This document shows positions 9,318 through 18,754 of a DNA stretch of 63,150 nt, one piece after another. How positions within the stretch are numbered: position 1 is the first letter of the stretch; every line of letters starts with the position of its first letter. The notes beneath the pieces are model-generated. The model saw only the letters and a program-made list of their open reading frames with translations, did no database searches and was not told the DNA's origin. Both the position numbers and the translations under genes were made by a program. Origin of the DNA: an uncultured Candidatus Saccharibacteria bacterium (GTDB lineage Bacteria > Patescibacteriota > Doudnabacteria > UBA920); NCBI GenBank assembly GCA_964532005.1, contig CAZHER010000006.1:1-63150 (forward strand). Reading direction: 5' to 3'.

Positions 9318-12300
9318 ATGAACAACAGTGTAATTGCAAACTTAATAGGTTTGAAATCCAAGGTTGCTTCCCGCATGAGCTGGAAAACTGGAGGAATTTT
9401 GCTTGCCGCTTTGGCTGCAATATTGGTCCTGGTTCCACGCTCTGGTAGCTTTACCAAAGCGGAAAGCTGTCCAAACCCTCCTGGCCACGCCGTATTAAAT
9501 TACTGGCCGGTCAGCTTTGACCAGTCTCAAACTGGCTGTACTGATTTTACCACCTTAGATGGTAAAATTGTTGGTACTCCTCGATATTCCACTAGCCAAG
9601 CAGACCACGATGATGGTTTGCAAGTTGCTGATGGACAAGAAGTATATATGCTTGCTTACGTTCACAACGGAGCTGCTGTAAACGGTGATCCAAACCAGAC
9701 TACAGCTCGCAACGTTCGTTTTAACGTGCAAATCCCTACTTCCGCTGGTTCTGATCATACTATCAACGCTTCATGGCGCGGTGACAACACTAATACTGCT
9801 AGTGGAAGTTTTACTTTGCATACTCCTGCAAACCGCACTGTTGAATTGGTTCCAAACAGCGGACAGTTGTTTGACGCTTTCGGAAATCAGATTAGCTCCG
9901 GAATTGACTTGAGCTCAGGCTCTTACACTTTGGGTGACCAAACTGCTTGTTTTGAATATGCACGTTTCTTGCGCTTCAAAGTTCGCATGGGAAACCCTCC
10001 TGGAACACCTGCCTTGACTATTACCAAACAGGTTCGCAATGTTACTCAAAATGGAACTTTCTCCGGATCTGCCAACGCAATTACCGGAAATACTGTTGGT
10101 TACCAAATTAAAGTTAAAAATACTGGAACCGCCCCTGCGCTAGCTACAACTGTTCAAGACAACGGCACTCCAGGTACTACATATGTAAATGGAAGCCTTC
10201 AGGTTTCCAACGGTGGTACTGGCAGCGGTATTCCTGGAACTATTACTTTGGGAACATTAGCTCCAAATGAAGAGGTTACTATTACTTACAGCGCCACTGT
10301 AACTGGCGGCAACGGTACGTACACCAACACTGCAACTGCACAAGCAACTTCAGTTCCTTCTGTGAATGCTAGTGCAACCGTAACTGTTACCAATATTCCT
10401 ACCAGCGACAATGCTGAATGTATCTCTGTTTCATTGAACCCTCAAAGTCCATTCGATGCCGGACAAAGTTTTACCGGTACTGTTCGTGTACGAAACAACG
10501 GCACAACCACTTGGACTTCTGGCACTTACTCTTTAGGCGCTCAGCCTAATGACAACCGTTGGGGTGTTGACCGTGTAAATCTTGTTGGTACCGTGCCTCC
10601 TGGCGGCGAAGCAACATTTACTATTTCTACTCAAGCTCCTTCCACCCCCGGAACTTATAGCTTTGGTTGGCAGATGGTAAACGGAAACACTTACTTTGGT
10701 CCTGTATGTTCTACCCCAGTGGTAGTCCGTACTCCCCCCGTTACTACTGACAATGCAGAATGTGTAGCCGTAAGTTTGGCTCCAGCATCCCCTTTGGATC
10801 CTAACCAAGGGTTTACTGGCACTATAAAAGTGCGCAACAGCGGTACCACCACCTGGGTTCCTGCCAACGGATATGCTTTAGGTTCACAAAACCCAGCTAA
10901 TAATACTACTTGGGGAACCAACCGTATTTCATTGCCTATTTCAGTAGCTCCTGGACAGGAAGTCATAATGAGTATTAACACTCAAGCTCCTGCAACCCCT
11001 GGAACATATAATTTTGCTTGGCAGATGGTAAAGAACGGCAACTTCTTTGGAGCCACTTGTGCCACACCAGTTGTAGTTAAGACACCTCCTGTGTTAACCA
11101 ATGATGCACAATGTATTGCTGTAACCTTAAACCCTGCTTCTCCTTTTGATCCTAATCAAGGGTTTACTGGCAGTATTAAGGTTCGCAATATTGGTACTAC
11201 CACCTGGGTTCCTGCCAACGGATATGCTTTAGGTTCACAAAATCCACAGGACAACAATACATGGGGAACTAATAGAATTGCTTTGCCTTACTCAGTTGCT
11301 CCTGGACAGGAAGTCATAATGAGTATTAACACTCAAGCTCCTGCAACCCCCGGAACTTACAGCTTCGCTTGGAAAATGGTTCAGAACGGCAATTTCTTTG
11401 GCCCTACTTGCGAAACTCCTGTTGTAGTTAAGACACCTCCTGTGTTGACTGACAACGCAGAATGTATTGCTACTACTTTGAGTCCAGTAGGTCCTTACAG
11501 TCCGAACCAAGGATTTATTGGAACTATTCGTGTTCGCAACAGCGGTACCACCACTTGGGCCCCCGGAACTTATGCAATTGGTTCTCAGAACCCACAGGAC
11601 AACACTACTTGGGGTACCAACAGAATTACTTTGAACTCTTCTGTAGCCCCTGGTGGTGAAGCAACCTTTACTATTTCTACCCAAGCTCCTGCAAATGCTG
11701 GTACTTACAGTTTTGCATGGCAAATGGTTAAGACCGGCGCTTTCTTCGGTGCTGTATGTCAAACCAACGTAGTTGTTCAGAATGTGGTTCCTCAAACCAC
11801 CACCTTGTCTATTACTAAGTATGTTCGCAACCTTACTGACAACACCAGTTTTGAAAAAACTGTAAATGCAGATAACGGTGACCGTGTACAATATGAAGTA
11901 AAAATTCGCAACATTGGCGATATTACTGCCAACGATGTGATTATGACTGACAACGGTACTTCTGGCACATCTTTTGTAAGCGGTTCCATTGAAATTACCG
12001 GAACCAGCAACTTGTGGTCCGGAACTATTCCTGGAACTTTGAACCTTGGCAATTTGGCCAAAGGCGCTGAAATCACCATTCGCTACACAATGACTGTAAC
12101 TGGCGGCAACGGTACTTACACCAATACCGCTACTGCTGATGCTTCTAATACCGCAAGCGTATTCGATACTGCTCGCGTAGTTGTTGACCAAGGCTGTACT
12201 TCAAATTGTGGTGGCGGAGGTGGTGGAACTTCCCGAAGATTGTCAGTGGACAAGTTGGTCCGCAACCTGACTACTGGTACCTCTTACAGAGATACCACCA

Positions 12301-13154
12301 GCGCCAGCAACGGCGACCGCGTACAGTTTGAAATCACTGTTCGCAACACATCCAGCGCTCGCATTAACGACGTAGAGCTTCGCGATACTTTGCCTAGCGG
12401 TTTGCGTTTGGAATCTGGCAGTATCGAAATCGACGGCGACGAAGTTTCATCTAACTCCTTATCTTCAATTGACCTAGGCAACCTTGCCGCTCGTGATGAA
12501 AAAGTTGTTACTTTAATAGCAATTGTTGATCGCGAAACCAGCGGTTCATGTTCTACAAGAAGCTTGCAGAACATTGCTCGTGCTACCGGCGACAATGCCC
12601 GTGCAGATCAAGATGATGCTTCTGTTACCGTAGGTTGTGTACAAGGTTCTAATGTCAACTTGTCTTTTGCCAAACGTGCTTGGAACGATACCAAGAATGT
12701 TGATGCAACTACAACCACCGCTTCTCGTGAAGACTTCATTACTTACACTTTGACCGTAACCAACACTGGCAACTCCACAGCAACCAACTTCGTAATTACT
12801 GATGACTTGTCCGGAGTACTGCCATATGCTGATATGGTTGACCGCAACGGCGGAACTTTGAATGGAAACGTGTTGAGCTTCCCAGGAATGAATATTCCTG
12901 CAGGCGCAACCGTAACTAAAACTTTCAAAGTTAGAATAAAGCACAACTTAAGCCAGTCTTTGACCTATCAGTTGCAGAACACTTATGGCAACACTGTTAC
13001 TATAAATGTAGGATCAGTTCAAGGCACAAGTATCTTTGTAGCTCCAACAACTGGGGCTGCCGGAACTTCTGCTGCAGCTTTCGCAGGACTTATGACCCTT
13101 GGGTTTGTAGCTTACAGAAAGCGTGAATTCCTGAAGCGCTTAATTATGGCCTAA
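9318..13154 (+). CDS. Large secreted/cell-surface protein: DUF11-type Ig domains, four NBR1-Ig-like repeats, C-terminal sorting-like anchor
   Basis: N-terminal signal/TM, four DUF11-like units (e.g. LTITKQVRN..VGYQIKVKNTG), four repeats with VRNxGTTTW and FxWxMV motifs, C-terminal APTTG + hydrophobic helix + RKR tail. Confidence 0.85.
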   Translation: MNNSVIANLIGLKSKVASRMSWKTGGILLAALAAILVLVPRSGSFTKAESCPNPPGHAVLNYWPVSFDQSQTGCTDFTTLDGKIVGTPRYSTSQADHDDGLQVADGQEVYMLAYVHNGAAVNGDPNQTTARNVRFNVQIPTSAGSDHTINASWRGDNTNTASGSFTLHTPANRTVELVPNSGQLFDAFGNQISSGIDLSSGSYTLGDQTACFEYARFLRFKVRMGNPPGTPALTITKQVRNVTQNGTFSGSANAITGNTVGYQIKVKNTGTAPALATTVQDNGTPGTTYVNGSLQVSNGGTGSGIPGTITLGTLAPNEEVTITYSATVTGGNGTYTNTATAQATSVPSVNASATVTVTNIPTSDNAECISVSLNPQSPFDAGQSFTGTVRVRNNGTTTWTSGTYSLGAQPNDNRWGVDRVNLVGTVPPGGEATFTISTQAPSTPGTYSFGWQMVNGNTYFGPVCSTPVVVRTPPVTTDNAECVAVSLAPASPLDPNQGFTGTIKVRNSGTTTWVPANGYALGSQNPANNTTWGTNRISLPISVAPGQEVIMSINTQAPATPGTYNFAWQMVKNGNFFGATCATPVVVKTPPVLTNDAQCIAVTLNPASPFDPNQGFTGSIKVRNIGTTTWVPANGYALGSQNPQDNNTWGTNRIALPYSVAPGQEVIMSINTQAPATPGTYSFAWKMVQNGNFFGPTCETPVVVKTPPVLTDNAECIATTLSPVGPYSPNQGFIGTIRVRNSGTTTWAPGTYAIGSQNPQDNTTWGTNRITLNSSVAPGGEATFTISTQAPANAGTYSFAWQMVKTGAFFGAVCQTNVVVQNVVPQTTTLSITKYVRNLTDNTSFEKTVNADNGDRVQYEVKIRNIGDITANDVIMTDNGTSGTSFVSGSIEITGTSNLWSGTIPGTLNLGNLAKGAEITIRYTMTVTGGNGTYTNTATADASNTASVFDTARVVVDQGCTSNCGGGGGGTSRRLSVDKLVRNLTTGTSYRDTTSASNGDRVQFEITVRNTSSARINDVELRDTLPSGLRLESGSIEIDGDEVSSNSLSSIDLGNLAARDEKVVTLIAIVDRETSGSCSTRSLQNIARATGDNARADQDDASVTVGCVQGSNVNLSFAKRAWNDTKNVDATTTTASREDFITYTLTVTNTGNSTATNFVITDDLSGVLPYADMVDRNGGTLNGNVLSFPGMNIPAGATVTKTFKVRIKHNLSQSLTYQLQNTYGNTVTINVGSVQGTSIFVAPTTGAAGTSAAAFAGLMTLGFVAYRKREFLKRLIMA
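10407..11790 (+). repeat. Four intragenic tandem domain repeats (342-351 nt period)
   Basis: Units begin at 10407, 10749, 11100 and 11451. Units 2 and 3 share long identical nucleotide blocks (e.g. CTCCTGGACAGGAAGTCATAATGAGTATTAACACTCAAGCTCCTGCAACCCC at 10948 and 11299). Confidence 0.9.
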
Positions 13155-13195
13155 GCCTTTCGAGCAAAACCATAATCAGCTTTATAGCAAATTAC

Positions 13196-13224
13196 AAAAC
13201 CCGCCCCGAAAAGGGCGGGTTTTT
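13196..13224 (+). terminator. Intrinsic terminator
   Basis: AAAACCCGCCC-CGAAAA-GGGCGGGTTTTT. Confidence 0.85.
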
Positions 13225-13349
13225 GCTGCATACAAATTTGCCATATTTTCCCCACCTGCTATACTAAAAAAAACCAAATTGTTTGAAAATAAAAACACAA
13301 CCAGCCAAAATAAATCGCGCTGGTTTTATTAATTATTTTTAACAAGCCT

Positions 13350-14474
13350 ATGGACAATCAATATTTGCATGACCTTATTGCCGAAGTTAAGCGCCGCCCA
13401 GGCGGACTCCTGCTCAGCGTAGCAGGAAATTCGGAAGCTGTTGTTTTGACCATAGATAGGTATAATGACCTTATGCAACAACTTACCCAACTCAAGGTGC
13501 TGGCCAGCCAGCCAATGACTGTATTAGTTACCGGCGGAGCAGGATACATTGGTAGTCACGTAGTTCGTCAGCTAGTTTCTGCTGGTCACAGTGTAGTGGT
13601 GGCGGATAACCTTTCCAGTGGCATTCGTGAATATGTTCCCGAAGGCGTGGTGTTTCATGAAGGGGATATAGGCAATGACCAATTTTTAGAATCAATTTTT
13701 ACCAGTTATCCCGTAGATGCGGTAATGCATTTGGCTGCTAGTATTGAAGTTGAAGAGTCCATGCGCGAACCAGAAAAGTATTTGAGTAATAATACATTAG
13801 CAACAATTACTTTGCTACGCGCCATGGACCGCCATGGTATAAAAAAAATTGTTTTTTCCTCAACCGCCGCCGTTTATGGAGAACCGGAAACTACCCCAAT
13901 TCGCGAAGATGCTATTTTAGCTCCAATCAATCCATACGGACATACTAAGCTTTTAGCAGAACAGGCTATTCAGTTTTATACAGCGTACCATGGTTTTTCT
14001 GCAGTAGTGTTTCGCTATTTTAATGCTTGCGGGTCGGATTTTGATGGCAAACTATTTTCAACCCACGATTCCCACTTAATTCCGGTGGTGATGGAAGTGG
14101 CTTCAGGTAAGCGACCGCACTTGACCGTGAATGGCAAGGACTATGACACCAAAGATGGCACTTGCGTTCGCGACTATGTTCACGTGCTCGACATTGCCGC
14201 CGCTCATTTGGCTGCGCTAACCAAAATGCCAGAGCTCACAACGTTCAGCGTATTTAATATTGGCACTGGTAAAGGATCTAGCATAGAAGAAGTTGCTCAT
14301 GTTGCAACAGAGGTGACCGGTCATATGATTCCATTGGAAATTGGTCCTCGCCGTGAGGGTGACCCTGCGGTTTTAGTGGCAGACAACAGAAAGCTTAAAG
14401 ATGAGCTAGATTTTGAATTAAAGTTTAGTGATCTTGAAACTATTATAAAAACTAGCGTTCGGCAAAAGATATAG
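13350..14474 (+). CDS. galE: UDP-glucose 4-epimerase with an N-terminal Phd/YefM-like extension
   Basis: TVLVTGGAGYIGSH, HLAASIEVEES, FSSTAAVYG, YGHTK, FRYFNACG and DGTCVRDYVHV motifs. The first ~55 aa are extra. Confidence 0.92.
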   Translation: MDNQYLHDLIAEVKRRPGGLLLSVAGNSEAVVLTIDRYNDLMQQLTQLKVLASQPMTVLVTGGAGYIGSHVVRQLVSAGHSVVVADNLSSGIREYVPEGVVFHEGDIGNDQFLESIFTSYPVDAVMHLAASIEVEESMREPEKYLSNNTLATITLLRAMDRHGIKKIVFSSTAAVYGEPETTPIREDAILAPINPYGHTKLLAEQAIQFYTAYHGFSAVVFRYFNACGSDFDGKLFSTHDSHLIPVVMEVASGKRPHLTVNGKDYDTKDGTCVRDYVHVLDIAAAHLAALTKMPELTTFSVFNIGTGKGSSIEEVAHVATEVTGHMIPLEIGPRREGDPAVLVADNRKLKDELDFELKFSDLETIIKTSVRQKI

Positions 14475-14486
14475 TATAATTAAAAC

Positions 14487-14834
14487 ATGCCATTAGATTT
14501 AAGTTCAGCCTTTTCATCGATGGGTGCCGCAGGACACCATATTTACAGCCACGGCCATGTTGCCGGAAAAATAACCGAACACGGCCATGTTCTAGACAAG
14601 ACTGGCCATAAAGTTGGAACCATTGGTCATGACGGCACTTTATGGGACAGAGCGCATCACCGTATTGGCCATGTCGGCGCAGACGGCAAAGTATACAATA
14701 AATGGAGTAGTCATGCTCAAGTTATGACCAGTGGAGATAGTATTTTAGACCATAGTGGTAAAACCATTGGCCACAGTAGCGGAGGCTCTCTAGGGGGAGC
14801 AGCTATGCTTTTGATGCTTAATAAAGATATGTAA
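14487..14834 (+). CDS. His/Gly-rich small beta-repeat protein (beta-flower-like), hypothetical
   Basis: Repeated xDxxGxxxGxI-type units (VLDKTGHKVGTI, LWDRAHHRIGHV, ILDHSGKTIGH) and a GGAAMLLML end. TATAAT lies 6 nt before the ATG. Confidence 0.7.
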   Translation: MPLDLSSAFSSMGAAGHHIYSHGHVAGKITEHGHVLDKTGHKVGTIGHDGTLWDRAHHRIGHVGADGKVYNKWSSHAQVMTSGDSILDHSGKTIGHSSGGSLGGAAMLLMLNKDM

Positions 14835-14857
14835 AGTAATTTAACTTTATATTTTTG

Positions 14858-14883
14858 AAAACAGCCTAAAAGGCTGTTTTTTT
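14858..14883 (+). terminator. Intrinsic terminator
   Basis: AAAACAGCC-TAAAA-GGCTGTTTTTTT. Confidence 0.8.
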
Positions 14884-14912
14884 GTTATAAATATGAGGTT
14901 TATATCTTAGTA

Positions 14913-14941
14913 TTGACAAATCTATTAAAATATGATATAAT
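14913..14941 (+). promoter_or_regulatory. Consensus sigma70 promoter
   Basis: TTGACA-17 nt-TATAAT. Confidence 0.75.
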
Positions 14942-15022
14942 ATTAAACAGATGATAAAACTACATTTATGTAGGTTTATCGAGTAAAAAATAGGCGACCG
15001 GCCTTTAAACGGAGGGAAAAAT

Positions 15023-15547
15023 ATGAAAATTACGAATAGGTATACGGGAACTGTTGTTTTCTTGTCGGCAGTGGGTATTGCAATTGCTCTGTTTGCATGG
15101 AGCAAAGTTCTGCCGCCGGTAACAACTTGGCTTATAGCCACCGGGACAGCAATTCTTCGTTCAGGCGAACCCACCGTGGTCGCCAAACCGGAGCTGGTGA
15201 AGCTGCAGGATGTAATCTGTGGCTACAGCAACAAAGACCGCTGCGAAGCGAGCTTTACGGATGGCGACTCAGTCGCGGAAATTACGATAGATCGGGATTA
15301 TCGTATTTTCCTGAATATCCGAGACAGCGACGGCGGTTCGACAATGTTTAGCATCGCGTTTGATGGTGTAGTCCGGGAAGCTTCATGGAAACGTCATGAA
15401 GATCATGGTTACAAAGATCAGTATTCCCAACTTGAGGAAATTGGTCTTGAACATGAAAGTGATTATCAGAGGCTCGCGAATATCAATTTGCGGACAATTC
15501 TGAATCATTACTTGACACGCCAAGCATCGCCGAAGATTTCCGTCTAA
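15023..15547 (+). CDS. Hypothetical protein with N-terminal TM/signal anchor
   Basis: GGAGG SD before the ATG, own promoter and downstream hairpin, hydrophobic N-terminus. Confidence 0.75.
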   Translation: MKITNRYTGTVVFLSAVGIAIALFAWSKVLPPVTTWLIATGTAILRSGEPTVVAKPELVKLQDVICGYSNKDRCEASFTDGDSVAEITIDRDYRIFLNIRDSDGGSTMFSIAFDGVVREASWKRHEDHGYKDQYSQLEEIGLEHESDYQRLANINLRTILNHYLTRQASPKISV

Positions 15548-15646
15548 GACATACCTTTCGCCTCGAAGACCCAAATAGCTTTTTGCTGTTTTGGGTCTTC
15601 TTGCATTTTATGGGGGATGGGGGTATAATTTCTTTATAATAAAATA

Positions 15647-15783
15647 TTTATCAAGAGTAGCGGTTAAGGAACTGACCTGTTGACCCGCTCGGCAACCTTT
15701 GCAAAAGCAAGTTGGTGCCAAGTTCAGCCCGCAAGGGACAGATAATTCACATCTTGTTTTCTGCGGTCTGCCGCAGTTTTTTA
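15647..15783 (+). promoter_or_regulatory. SAM-I (S-box) riboswitch with terminator-type expression platform
   Basis: TTATCAAGAG..GG..AAGGAACTGACC..TGACCC..GGCAACC..GGTGCCAAGTTC..CCCGCAAGGG..GATAA, followed by CTGCGG-TCTG-CCGCAG-TTTTTT, directly upstream of metK. Confidence 0.88.
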
Positions 15784-15820
15784 TTAACTAGCTTTGTGCG
15801 GCCAAAGCAGAATAATGTAT

Positions 15821-16759
15821 ATGATAAAAACAGCAGAGTTCATTACCCCAAAACATCCCGATAAAATTTGCGATTTAATAGCAGATACAATTTTAGATGC
15901 CTACATGGCAGAAGATCCATCTAGTAGGGTCGCAGTTGAGGTCATGGGCGGGCATGGAAAAGTTATGGTAACAGGAGAAGTAACCAGCGGAGCTTCTGTG
16001 AACATTGTTGATATTGTGAAATCAATTGAAGGCGATCATACCGAAGTTGATGTGCGCATTGACAAGCAAAGTCTTTTCATTGCTCAAGGGGTGGACGTGG
16101 GTGGTGCAGGCGACCAAGGCATTATGGTTGGGTATGCCTGCAGCGACACTCAAAATTTTATGCCTTTGGAATATGAAACTGCGCGAAATTTGTGCCAGAA
16201 TATTTATGAAAAATATCCATATGACGGAAAAGTACAGGTAACAATGGATGGGGAAAAAGTTTTAACGGTTGTGACGAGTTTCCAAAATTCTACAAATGCA
16301 GAATTGGAACAATTGGTACGGTCTTTGGTGGTCGCAGATAATTATTTGGTAAATCCAGCTGGAGAATGGCAGCAGGGCGGTTTTGAAGCTGATTCAGGAT
16401 TGTCTGGCCGCAAGTTGGTGGTGGACAGCTATGGACCCCAAGTTCCTATTGGTGGCGGGTCGTTTTCCGGCAAGGACTACACCAAAGTTGACAGAAGCGG
16501 AGCATATATGGCGCGTAAAATTGCTGTGGATCTATTGAGGCAGAATAACGCTAATGAGGTTGTTGTTAAATTGGCGTATGCTATAGGCAAAGCAGACCCA
16601 GTAATGGCTATGTCTGTTATCGACGGACAAATAAAAGACATTTCAGGGTATGACTTAACCCCAGCAGGAATAAAAAAAGGTTTGGGTTTAGAGCACGTAA
16701 AATATGCCAGCACAGCTGTTTGGGGTCATTTTGGGCGCGGGTTTACTTGGGATGCATAA
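15821..16759 (+). CDS. metK: S-adenosylmethionine synthetase (compact form)
   Basis: TAEFITPKHPDKICD, GAGDQG, GLSGRK, GGGSFSGKDYTKVDRSGAY and GHFGR motifs. ATG 15821 (or 15815) is preferred over the GTG at 15794. Confidence 0.95.
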   Translation: MIKTAEFITPKHPDKICDLIADTILDAYMAEDPSSRVAVEVMGGHGKVMVTGEVTSGASVNIVDIVKSIEGDHTEVDVRIDKQSLFIAQGVDVGGAGDQGIMVGYACSDTQNFMPLEYETARNLCQNIYEKYPYDGKVQVTMDGEKVLTVVTSFQNSTNAELEQLVRSLVVADNYLVNPAGEWQQGGFEADSGLSGRKLVVDSYGPQVPIGGGSFSGKDYTKVDRSGAYMARKIAVDLLRQNNANEVVVKLAYAIGKADPVMAMSVIDGQIKDISGYDLTPAGIKKGLGLEHVKYASTAVWGHFGRGFTWDA

Positions 16760-16806
16760 AAATCGGGCAAATTGGCAAAACTTATGAGTTTAGGCATAAT
16801 ATAAGT

Positions 16807-17553
16807 ATGGGAAACCCCGAACAAGAAACCCCTTATGATGAATTAGATGATAGTGTGGTTCAAGACGAACCTGCTTCAGAATCTGCTCCGGCAGATTTTT
16901 CTGATATAGATAGATCGGAAGAGTCCGGAGCTAAAATTATAGATATTGATACAAGACGTGAAATCTTCAAGCCGGTGGAAGTCTCGGACCAGCCGGAGCA
17001 TGGCAAAGAATTATTAGACGCTATTGCTTTATTGAAAAGTGATATTCAGGATCTAGATACTCAGGTGGCTAACCGATCCTTGTTTTTGTCGGAGATTGCG
17101 CAGTGGAAAAATCGCAAAGAAATGGTAAAAAGACAGTTAAAATTAAACAAGGACTTAGTAAATAAAGCTGCCCGTATAAATCGCTTAGAGCGAGAACTTA
17201 AGATGGTTGGAGAACAAAAAACCTTTTGGCGCAAAAAGCTTTTGCATCCGGAAAAATATGACGAAATAGAACGTGAGATTAGGAAAATACACGAAGAAAA
17301 AATTGCAATATGGCGAGAACGTAGAGACAGTGATGGAAATACTATTGATATTTCCAAGCTTCATCAGGAGAACAGAGATATTGAGGCAAAATTAAAGAAA
17401 AAAGCTAATGATAATAATGAATATTTTGTTGAGAATTGGGAACTGAAAATGTTAGCAGAAAACAGACAGGCTCAGAAAGAAATTCTAGAGAAGAAACAAC
17501 AAATTGAAGATCTTGAAAAGCAGTTGGCAATTTTAGAAGCTTTTAAGAGTTAA
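16807..17553 (+). CDS. Hypothetical coiled-coil protein
   Basis: Charged heptad-rich sequence. ATG 16807 lies 6 nt after CATAAT; the track start at 16720 overlaps metK. Confidence 0.75.
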   Translation: MGNPEQETPYDELDDSVVQDEPASESAPADFSDIDRSEESGAKIIDIDTRREIFKPVEVSDQPEHGKELLDAIALLKSDIQDLDTQVANRSLFLSEIAQWKNRKEMVKRQLKLNKDLVNKAARINRLERELKMVGEQKTFWRKKLLHPEKYDEIEREIRKIHEEKIAIWRERRDSDGNTIDISKLHQENRDIEAKLKKKANDNNEYFVENWELKMLAENRQAQKEILEKKQQIEDLEKQLAILEAFKS

Positions 17554-17556
17554 GTC

Positions 17557-18753
17557 ATGGAAGATATATCGGGGAAATACGGCACAGTAATCTTAAAACC
17601 TGAGCGTGACAAGCATGTCAGGAACAAGCATCCATGGGTATTCATGGGTGCTATTAAAAGCTATCCCAGCTTTGAAAATGGCAATATTTTGGCGGTTAAA
17701 ACCGCAGAAGGGGTTTTTGTTGGCTATGGCTATTTTAACCGCGATCAATCCATCGCCGGAAGAATGATCAGTTTTGCTGAGGATGACCCAATCCATACTA
17801 TTAAATCAAATATAAGCAAAGCAGTGGCTCTCAGGGATACGGTTGTTCCAGAGCAAACAAGTGCTTACAGGTTAATCAATGGCGAAGGTGATGACTTACC
17901 CGGCCTCGTTGTAGACAGATATGGGCAGATTTTGGTGATACAAGTGAACACACTGGGGATGGAGAAACTCAAGCCTGTAATTGTTGAGACCTTAACAGAA
18001 ATTTTGGGAGGGCTGCTAATTTATGAGAAATCATCTTCGCCTACACGGCGCAGAGAGGGGCTGGCCGATTTTGAAGGATGGATTCTAGGAGGTAGTCGCG
18101 ACAAAGAAAAGTTCGTTATCACGGAGCATGGTTTGAAATTTGAAGTTTTGCTTGCTGGGTCTCAGAAAACCGGGTTGTTTTTAGACCAAAGGGAGATGCG
18201 TAACCTTGTCAGAAGATATGCTCAGGGTAAACGAGTGCTAAACTGTTTTTCTTACACCGGTGGTTTTAGTGTTTATGCTAAAGCTGGTAAAGCGGCTGTT
18301 GTTGACTCTGTAGATATTTCCCAGACTGCCAACGACAGCGCCAAACATAACTTTTCTTTGAACGGTTTTGATCCCAGTGTCAGCGGATTTTATTCTCAAG
18401 ACGTGGCCGAGTTTTTAAATACCAGGACTAAACAGGGGCAATATGACTTTATAATTCTGGATCCACCGGCATTTGCCAAGAGGGCAAGTGATGTTCGCAA
18501 TGCAACCCGGGGCTATGTGGATCTGAATATGGCGGCGATGAATAAGTTAGATGAGGGAGGACTTTTATTGACCAGCTCCTGCTCTTCGCACATTGGCAAA
18601 GACTTGTTTCAAACAATTGTTTTCAATGCAGCGAAAAGAACTGGCAAGAAAGTTCGAATTTTGAGCCACCATATTTTGGCTGCAGACCACCCGGTAAACT
18701 TGTTTTATCCGGAAGGTGACTATCTTAAAAGTTTATTGTTATACTTAGGTTAA
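17557..18753 (+). CDS. rlmI: RlmI/RlmK-family class I SAM-dependent rRNA methyltransferase
   Basis: PUA N-terminus (HPWVF), YRLINGEGDDLPGLVVDRY, QKTGLFLDQR, LNCFSYTGGF, DFIILDPPAF and DHP..YLK motifs. Confidence 0.88.
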   Translation: MEDISGKYGTVILKPERDKHVRNKHPWVFMGAIKSYPSFENGNILAVKTAEGVFVGYGYFNRDQSIAGRMISFAEDDPIHTIKSNISKAVALRDTVVPEQTSAYRLINGEGDDLPGLVVDRYGQILVIQVNTLGMEKLKPVIVETLTEILGGLLIYEKSSSPTRRREGLADFEGWILGGSRDKEKFVITEHGLKFEVLLAGSQKTGLFLDQREMRNLVRRYAQGKRVLNCFSYTGGFSVYAKAGKAAVVDSVDISQTANDSAKHNFSLNGFDPSVSGFYSQDVAEFLNTRTKQGQYDFIILDPPAFAKRASDVRNATRGYVDLNMAAMNKLDEGGLLLTSSCSSHIGKDLFQTIVFNAAKRTGKKVRILSHHILAADHPVNLFYPEGDYLKSLLLYLG

Positions 18754-18754
18754 C

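Noticed and set aside
10407-11790. CRISPR-like repeated DNA blocks
   Set aside because: The repeats are in-frame protein domain duplications with a 342-351 nt period; there are no unique spacers and no cas genes.
11292-12946. Long antisense ORFs (up to 299 aa) inside the surface protein gene
   Set aside because: These are shadows of Thr/Asn/Gly-rich codon bias on the coding strand.
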